From contig CAZYIG010000001.1 of NCBI GenBank assembly GCA_964647205.1, positions 1 to 24,049 on the forward strand: a stretch of DNA of 24,049 bases. Direction: 5' to 3'. Shown here piece after piece: positions 1 to 5,143 of this stretch (the first letter of the stretch is position 1; each line of letters opens with the position of its first letter). Position numbers and translations under genes: made by a program. The notes under the pieces were generated by a model. That model had not been told where the DNA came from and did not search any database. It was given only the letters and a program-made list of their open reading frames with translations. Source of the stretch: an uncultured Candidatus Saccharibacteria bacterium. GTDB taxonomy: Bacteria > Patescibacteriota > Minisyncoccia > Portnoybacterales > GWB1-42-6.

Positions 1-1419
1 ATTCATGTTGATGAATACCAAGATACCAATCATGCCCAATATTCTTTGATCAAATTGCTGGCTGCCAAATACCGCAATCTTTTTGTCATTGGCGACGAAT
101 CGCAAAATATTTATTCTTGGCGCGGCGCCGACTTCCGCAATCTGCTAAACTTTGAAAAAGATTATCCCGAAGCCCAAGAGATACTGCTGGAACAAAACTA
201 CCGCTCAACCCAGAATATTTTAACCGCCGCCCACCAGATTATTATTAAAAATAAATTCCGCAAAGAAAAAAAACTCTGGACCGAAAATGAAGACGGTTCG
301 CCCATCACTTTGTTCGGCGCCAGCGACGAGCGGGAAGAGGGAAGTTACATTATTAACGAAATCAGACACCATAAAAAAAATAAACCATCTTTAAGATTGT
401 CTGATTTTACTATTCTCTATCGAACCAACGCCCAGTCCCGGGCGATTGAAGAAGCTTTTCTAAAAGCCGGCCTGCCCTACAAAGTGGTTGGCGGTTTAAA
501 ATTTTATGACCGAAAAGAAGTTAAGGACATGATTGCCTATATTCGGCTTATCCAAAACCCCAAAGATTCGCTGGCCATGGAAAGAATCATCAATGTGCCG
601 CCTCGCGGCTTTGGTCGAGCTAAGCTCGACTACAACCACGCTCAGCGTGGTGGCGAAGAAATAGAAATAATTGATCTAGAAAATCCAAATAAAGAATTAA
701 CACCTCAAAAAGCCCGCGCTTGGAAAAACTTTTCTGACTTGATGCAAAATCTGCGCGAATCAGCCGCTAAATTACCACTCAGCAAATTATTAAAATTAAT
801 TATTGCTAAAACTGAATACGAAAAATTTATAAAAGAGAAGGGCAAGAAAGAAGAAGGGGAGGATCGCTGGGACAATTTGAAGGAACTTTTTTCGGTGACT
901 AAAAAATATGACGTGCCCTCCGTAGCCTTGGCGGAGGAGGGTGAATCCTCCGAAGTCCCGCAAGGCGGGACGAAGGAGGGTGCGTCCTCGTCCGCTAATA
1001 CCTTAGCGCACAGAAATGCTATTCAGACTTTTCTGGAAGAAGCCTCGCTGATGTCTAATCAAGATGAAGTTGATACTGAACACAATTTGGTCAATTTAAT
1101 GACACTCCACTGCGCCAAGGGACTAGAATTCCCTGTGGTATTTATTGCTGGTTGCGAAGAAGGCATTTTCCCGCATTCGCGCAGTCTGATTGACGCCTGG
1201 CAAATGGAAGAAGAGCGCCGGCTTTGTTATGTTGGCATCACCCGCGCCAAAGAAAAACTTTATTTGATTGCGGCTCGCGCCCGCCAGCTTTTTGGCTCCA
1301 CCATAGTTAATCCGCCTTCCCGATTTTTAGACGATATCCCACCTCACTTGATTGAATATATTAACTTTGGCAATGATAAAGATAATTTGGATGAAGATGG
1401 GATTGAGAGACCATTCTAA
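1..1419 (+). CDS. pcrA: ATP-dependent SF1A DNA helicase PcrA/UvrD, 5'-truncated by the window edge
   Basis: Frame +1 is open from base 1 (IHVDEYQDTN, Walker B). Further motifs: VIGDESQNIYSWRGA, LEQNYRST, ILYRTNAQSR, LMTLHCAKGLEFPVVF, EEERRLCYVGITRAKE. The ORF-track start at 46 is internal. Confidence 0.97.
   Translation: MHVDEYQDTNHAQYSLIKLLAAKYRNLFVIGDESQNIYSWRGADFRNLLNFEKDYPEAQEILLEQNYRSTQNILTAAHQIIIKNKFRKEKKLWTENEDGSPITLFGASDEREEGSYIINEIRHHKKNKPSLRLSDFTILYRTNAQSRAIEEAFLKAGLPYKVVGGLKFYDRKEVKDMIAYIRLIQNPKDSLAMERIINVPPRGFGRAKLDYNHAQRGGEEIEIIDLENPNKELTPQKARAWKNFSDLMQNLRESAAKLPLSKLLKLIIAKTEYEKFIKEKGKKEEGEDRWDNLKELFSVTKKYDVPSVALAEEGESSEVPQGGTKEGASSSANTLAHRNAIQTFLEEASLMSNQDEVDTEHNLVNLMTLHCAKGLEFPVVFIAGCEEGIFPHSRSLIDAWQMEEERRLCYVGITRAKEKLYLIAARARQLFGSTIVNPPSRFLDDIPPHLIEYINFGNDKDNLDEDGIERPF
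612..651. repeat. Two tandem 7-bp-stem/3-nt-loop hairpins inside pcrA
   Basis: GTCGAGC-TAA-GCTCGAC (614-630) and ACCACGC-TCA-GCGTGGT (635-651). They encode GRAKLDYNHAQRG. Confidence 0.7.
912..941 (+). repeat. In-frame REP-like palindromic element, GNA-bulge family, 30 nt
   Basis: CGTG-CCCTCC-GTA-GCC-TT-GGC-GGA-GGAGGG; perfect 6-bp outer stem. Confidence 0.85.
942..980 (+). repeat. In-frame REP-like palindromic element, GNA-bulge family, 39 nt
   Basis: TGAA-TCCTCC-GAA-GTCCCGC-AAG-GCGGGAC-GAA-GGAGGG; perfect 7-bp inner stem. Confidence 0.85.
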
Positions 1420-1524
1420 AAAGTTTAAAGTTAAAAAATCAAAGTTCAAAATGACAATGCAAAATTCAAAATTTTAAATTTTTAACTGTCATTTTCCATT
1501 TTGAGATTTACACTTTACATTAAC
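1420..1524. repeat. Intergenic heptamer (AAA[AG]TT[CT]-like) array in inverted arrangement
   Basis: Units AAAGTTT, AAAGTTA, AAAAATC, AAAGTTC, AAAATGA ... AAAATTC, AAAATTT, followed by complementary units ATTTTCC, ATTTTGA, GATTTAC, ACTTTAC. Perfect core inverted repeat AAAATGACA (1448-1456) / TGTCATTTT (1487-1495). Confidence 0.7.
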
Positions 1525-1531
1525 TATCATC

Positions 1532-2491
1532 ATGTCTTATAAAAAAAACCCCCGACAAGAATCAGATAAAAATAACATCCGTCCCAACAAGCTCCTCGGT
1601 CAGCATTTTTTGCATGATAAAAATGTTCTGGCTAAAATTATCGGAGCAGCTAATTTAACTAGAAATGACACCATTCTAGAAGTTGGGCCCGGACTGGGTA
1701 TTTTAACGCGAGAGCTGGCCAAGTATGCCGGCCAAGTAATCGCTGTTGAAAAAGATAGAGCGCTGGCCGAAATTTTAACTAAAAAACTAGCCGATGAGCA
1801 AATTGATAATGTGAAAATTATTGCTGATGATGTTCTAAAATTTCTAAAAACTAAAAACTATCAACCATCAGCTGGGTACAAAGTAGTCGCGAACATTCCG
1901 TATTATTTGACTTCTCATCTCATCCGTCTTTTACTGGAGTTGTCCAATCCGCCCCAAGATATTATCTTGCTGATTCAAAAAGAAGTAGCCAAGCGTATTT
2001 GCGCTTGCCCTCCGAAGCTCGAAGAGCGAAGGGGGGCCAAACCCCTCCACCTTCGCCAAGGCTCCGGCGGACAAGCAAGAATGTCGCTCTTGGCTATTTC
2101 CGTCCAATTTTATGCCGAGGCAAAAATAATTGCTTCAGTTTCCCGGAAATCCTTTCGCCCAGAACCCAAAGTTGATTCGGCGATAATAAGGATAACTCCT
2201 AAAATTCTTCCCCCTTTGCAAAGGGGGATTGAGGGGGATTTAAAAAACACGGGGAAAATCCTCCCTAACCCTCCTTTTACAAAGGAGGGAATCGCTAATT
2301 TTTTCACTCTTCTTCACGCCGGCTTTAGTCATCCCCGCAAACAGCTTCTTGGAAACTTAAGCCAAGGGCTAAAAATTGAAAAAGAGAGGATTGGCGCCGC
2401 CCTAGCTAAGGTAGGAATAAAAAATAGCCAGCGAGCGGAAACGCTGACCGTGGAGAATTGGCTAGAATTATCTAAAAACTTAAATCTTTAA
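1532..2491 (+). CDS. rsmA: 16S rRNA m6,2A dimethyltransferase RsmA/KsgA with palindrome-derived insertions
   Basis: LGQHFL, ILEVGPGLG (motif I), VIAVEKD, VVANIPY (motif IV), QKEVAKR, FRPEPKVDSA, C-terminal RAETLTVENW. Confidence 0.97.
   Translation: MSYKKNPRQESDKNNIRPNKLLGQHFLHDKNVLAKIIGAANLTRNDTILEVGPGLGILTRELAKYAGQVIAVEKDRALAEILTKKLADEQIDNVKIIADDVLKFLKTKNYQPSAGYKVVANIPYYLTSHLIRLLLELSNPPQDIILLIQKEVAKRICACPPKLEERRGAKPLHLRQGSGGQARMSLLAISVQFYAEAKIIASVSRKSFRPEPKVDSAIIRITPKILPPLQRGIEGDLKNTGKILPNPPFTKEGIANFFTLLHAGFSHPRKQLLGNLSQGLKIEKERIGAALAKVGIKNSQRAETLTVENWLELSKNLNL
2004..2036 (+). repeat. In-frame REP-like palindromic element, GNA-bulge family, 33 nt
   Basis: CTTG-CCCTCC-GAA-GCTC-GAA-GAGC-GAA-GGGGGG. 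Confidence 0.9.
2046..2075 (-). repeat. In-frame REP-like palindromic element, GNA-bulge family, 30 nt, inverted
   Basis: Reverse complement reads CTTG-TCCGCC-GGA-GCC-TT-GGC-GAA-GGTGGA; same inner GCC-TT-GGC hairpin as 912-941. Confidence 0.9.
2208..2291. repeat. REPIN-like inverted doublet of CCCCCTTT..AAAGGGGG palindromes, 84 nt, in frame
   Basis: Perfect 20-bp palindrome TCCCCCTTTGCAAAGGGGGA (2209-2228) plus TTGAGGGGGATTT, a 14-nt spacer, then an inverted diverged copy AAATCCTCCCTAACCCTCCTTTTACAAAGGAGGGA (2256-2290). Confidence 0.85.
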
Positions 2492-4015
2492 ACTTTTTAA
2501 CATTTTATAAGTTATCGCTTCTACCGGCGCCCAATCATCAGTAAAGATGGGCGCTTTTTTTGTTGATTGATATAATTCTATGTTGTTCCAGCTATAATTT
2601 AGAGCTGCCCCCAGTCCACAAGTATAATTTGCAGTCACTCCTAACCCAGCTGATACCTTCTCCTCTTGTTTTTTTAATTTTTCTCTAATTTCTTCTGTTG
2701 AGGTTTTTGAATTAGTCGCTAAAATAATAAAATTATTGCGAAGCGGTATTTTGTAAACCGACGGATAAACAGAAGCGAGGGTGTTTAAAATTGGTTCTAA
2801 AATTTCTCGGCGGCCAGGAGCATAAACATTCATCATTATAATTCCATTAGGACTAAGATGCTCGGCCGTCGCCTCAAAAAATTCTTGAGTTGCGACATAA
2901 AAAGGAATATACGGGCTGCCCTGAAACAAATCTATTTCAATCATGTCATATTGTTTTTGACTTTTAGCTAAAAATGGCCGAGCGTCCGCTTGCCAGATTC
3001 TCAAATTTTCATTTTCTTTCAGACCAAATTCATCTTTGGCAATTTTAATTATTCTGGGATCAATCTCCACCGCATCAATTTTAATTTGAGGAGAAAATGT
3101 CTGATGCTGCAAGATAGTTGATCCGGCCGCCATTCCTAAAACCAATAAATTATCTACCGGTTCAATTAGTGGACCGACGCCAAACAAGCTATCAAGGTAA
3201 GACCAACTACTACCAGTATTAGGATCCGCATGACCAGACTGCGCTAATGAATCACGTTGAGAATTTAAGGTTAATAATATTTTCCCTTCTTTATTAATTA
3301 ATTTTATTTGATTGTAAACCGACTCGGTTTCTAAAATAACATCCTGCGGCAAAGCCGGCGGGAGCAAAGTTGCTAAAGAAATTAAAAGAATAACCACACC
3401 AGTAATTATCTGGCGGCGATTGACTAATAAAAATAAGCCGACCAGAGCCAAGAGAGCAATAAAAAAACAGATATAAAGAGTCAGGCGCGAACCCAAGTAG
3501 GGGATTAACCAAAAAGTTGTTAAAAAAGTGCCCAAAATACTGCCCATTGTCCCCCAGGCATAGACCAAACCGGCCGAGTAGCCGGTTTTTTCCTGTTCCG
3601 CCAAAATTTTTATTACCAGCGGTGAAACCGCTGCCAAGGCAGCCATGGGAACACAAAAAAGAATTAGAGCCGAGCAAAGAGCTCCCCAAATTATATCCCA
3701 AGAAGACAACCATTTTAAAATTGAAGCGTAGAAAAAAAGATCCAGCAACAAGAAAATAACCGCCAAAAGAAAGAGTCTATCTAAAAAAAGATCCGGTTCC
3801 TTCTTGTTTTCCTTGTCCCGGCAAAGTTCTGACAACCAGCCACCCAGGTAATAGCCGCCAGCCAAGGCAATTAAAATCACACCAATCAGACTCCCCCAGA
3901 CATAAACCGAGTTGCCAAAAAAAGGCGCTAGCAGCCGGCCGCCCAGAATTTCCAGCGACATAATGAGGTAGCCGGTAACAAAGATCAACGAAACTAATAT
4001 TTTTTTCGTCCTCAT
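2480..4015 (-). CDS. Fused membrane domain / spermidine-synthase-like class I SAM-dependent methyltransferase
   Basis: N-terminal multi-TM region (LEILGGRLLAPFFGNSVYVWGSLIGVIL; GSILGTFLTTFWLIP). C-terminal LLVLGMAAGS, IDAVEIDP, DARPFL, YDMIEIDLF, FYVATQEFF, IFTDDWAPVE. Overlaps the rsmA 3' end by 12 nt. Confidence 0.88.
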   Translation of the reverse strand: MRTKKILVSLIFVTGYLIMSLEILGGRLLAPFFGNSVYVWGSLIGVILIALAGGYYLGGWLSELCRDKENKKEPDLFLDRLFLLAVIFLLLDLFFYASILKWLSSWDIIWGALCSALILFCVPMAALAAVSPLVIKILAEQEKTGYSAGLVYAWGTMGSILGTFLTTFWLIPYLGSRLTLYICFFIALLALVGLFLLVNRRQIITGVVILLISLATLLPPALPQDVILETESVYNQIKLINKEGKILLTLNSQRDSLAQSGHADPNTGSSWSYLDSLFGVGPLIEPVDNLLVLGMAAGSTILQHQTFSPQIKIDAVEIDPRIIKIAKDEFGLKENENLRIWQADARPFLAKSQKQYDMIEIDLFQGSPYIPFYVATQEFFEATAEHLSPNGIIMMNVYAPGRREILEPILNTLASVYPSVYKIPLRNNFIILATNSKTSTEEIREKLKKQEEKVSAGLGVTANYTCGLGAALNYSWNNIELYQSTKKAPIFTDDWAPVEAITYKMLKSLKI

Positions 4016-4093
4016 ATGAATAATCTTAATAGATTTATCTTAGAATACCACTCCTAATTTTTAAAATAAAGGGTCCCTAATCATTTATTCTCC

Positions 4094-4102
4094 TGTGGAT
4101 AG
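4094..4102 (-). promoter_or_regulatory. DnaA-box-like site (CTATCCACA)
   Basis: TGTGGATAG on the + strand; one mismatch to TTATCCACA; lies in the divergent intergenic region. Confidence 0.4.
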
Positions 4103-4120
4103 ATTTAGCTATTTTCCTCT

Positions 4121-4149
4121 TTGCTACCAAGTTAAAATAATAGTATAAT
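4121..4149 (+). promoter_or_regulatory. Sigma70-type promoter for the T4SS-like cluster
   Basis: TTGCTA (4121-4126), 17-bp spacer, TATAAT (4144-4149), ATG at 4161. Confidence 0.7.
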
Positions 4150-4160
4150 TTAGATGAATT

Positions 4161-5138
4161 ATGGATCAGAAAAAATCATCTCGCAAGATCAATGTTTTAG
4201 CGGCTATTTTAATATTGCTGATTGGTGTTTTTGTTGGCGGTTATTTAGTTTTAAAAAGCGGCAAAATTTCCGCCGGCGAGTTGAATGAAATTCTAAAGGG
4301 CCAAACCATTGACTTGGCGCTTTGTGAGCCCAATGTTAATGATGCAACAAGCGACGCTGATAACGATGGACTTAAAGACTGGCAAGAAATCCAGCTTTAT
4401 AAAACCGACTCCTGCAAACAAGATTCCGATAGCGACGGCTATTTTGACGGGGAAGAGGTGGCCTCCGGCTATGACCCTGCCCAGAAAGCCCCCGGCGACG
4501 AATTGCCCGGCACAACACCAAAATCGCCCCGCCCTCTGCCCAACAATCTGACCATCGCCCTGCAACAAAAATTATCTGAACAAATCCGCCAGGATAGAAT
4601 AAGCCCGCTGGACGCTGATGGGAATCTTCTCTCTTCAAGAGAGCTGGAGCAGTTTCCCGGAATTCAACAGGCTGTTTGGGAAGTAAGTCAACACAAGGAT
4701 CAAATTTTTGCGCCAGATCCGATTGAACTAAACGAAATTAAAACTACAACCGACAATAGCCTCGAGTCAATTCAATTATATATCAAGAAAGTTAGTGAAT
4801 GCGTTAGCTGTAATGATCAACTTTATTTAAAAATTGAAGCTCAAATTTTTCTTGATGCAATTCAAAATAATGATTTTACGGAAGCAACCAGTCAACTCCG
4901 AGAATACCAAGAGTCTTACCAAAAGTTAAAATCACTAACCGTGCCTAGCGACTTCTTGACTTTGCATATCCAAATAATGAATATTCTGTCCGGCTCAATA
5001 AAAGTTTACCAGGCGATTATTAATGTTACGTCTGATCCGCTCAAGGCTAATCTAGCGTTACAACAATATGAAGTCTTTCTGAACCAGACCATCCAGTGGG
5101 CACAAAATTTTGAAACTACTCTTAATAATCATCATTAG
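4161..5138 (+). CDS. Membrane-anchored protein with bacterial thrombospondin type 3-like Ca-binding repeats
   Basis: N-terminal TM (NVLAAILILLIGVFVGGYLVL); DADNDGLKDWQE...DSDSDGYFDGEEVASGYDP at 4353-4478; helical C-terminus. Confidence 0.8.
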   Translation: MDQKKSSRKINVLAAILILLIGVFVGGYLVLKSGKISAGELNEILKGQTIDLALCEPNVNDATSDADNDGLKDWQEIQLYKTDSCKQDSDSDGYFDGEEVASGYDPAQKAPGDELPGTTPKSPRPLPNNLTIALQQKLSEQIRQDRISPLDADGNLLSSRELEQFPGIQQAVWEVSQHKDQIFAPDPIELNEIKTTTDNSLESIQLYIKKVSECVSCNDQLYLKIEAQIFLDAIQNNDFTEATSQLREYQESYQKLKSLTVPSDFLTLHIQIMNILSGSIKVYQAIINVTSDPLKANLALQQYEVFLNQTIQWAQNFETTLNNHH

Positions 5139-5143
5139 ACCTC

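Noticed and set aside
985-1010. Possible third GNA-family copy in pcrA (TCCTCG-TCC-GCTAA-TACC-TTAGC)
   Set aside because: One outer arm, one bulge and an inner stem are present on the minus strand, but the partner outer arm is missing. Too degenerate to call.
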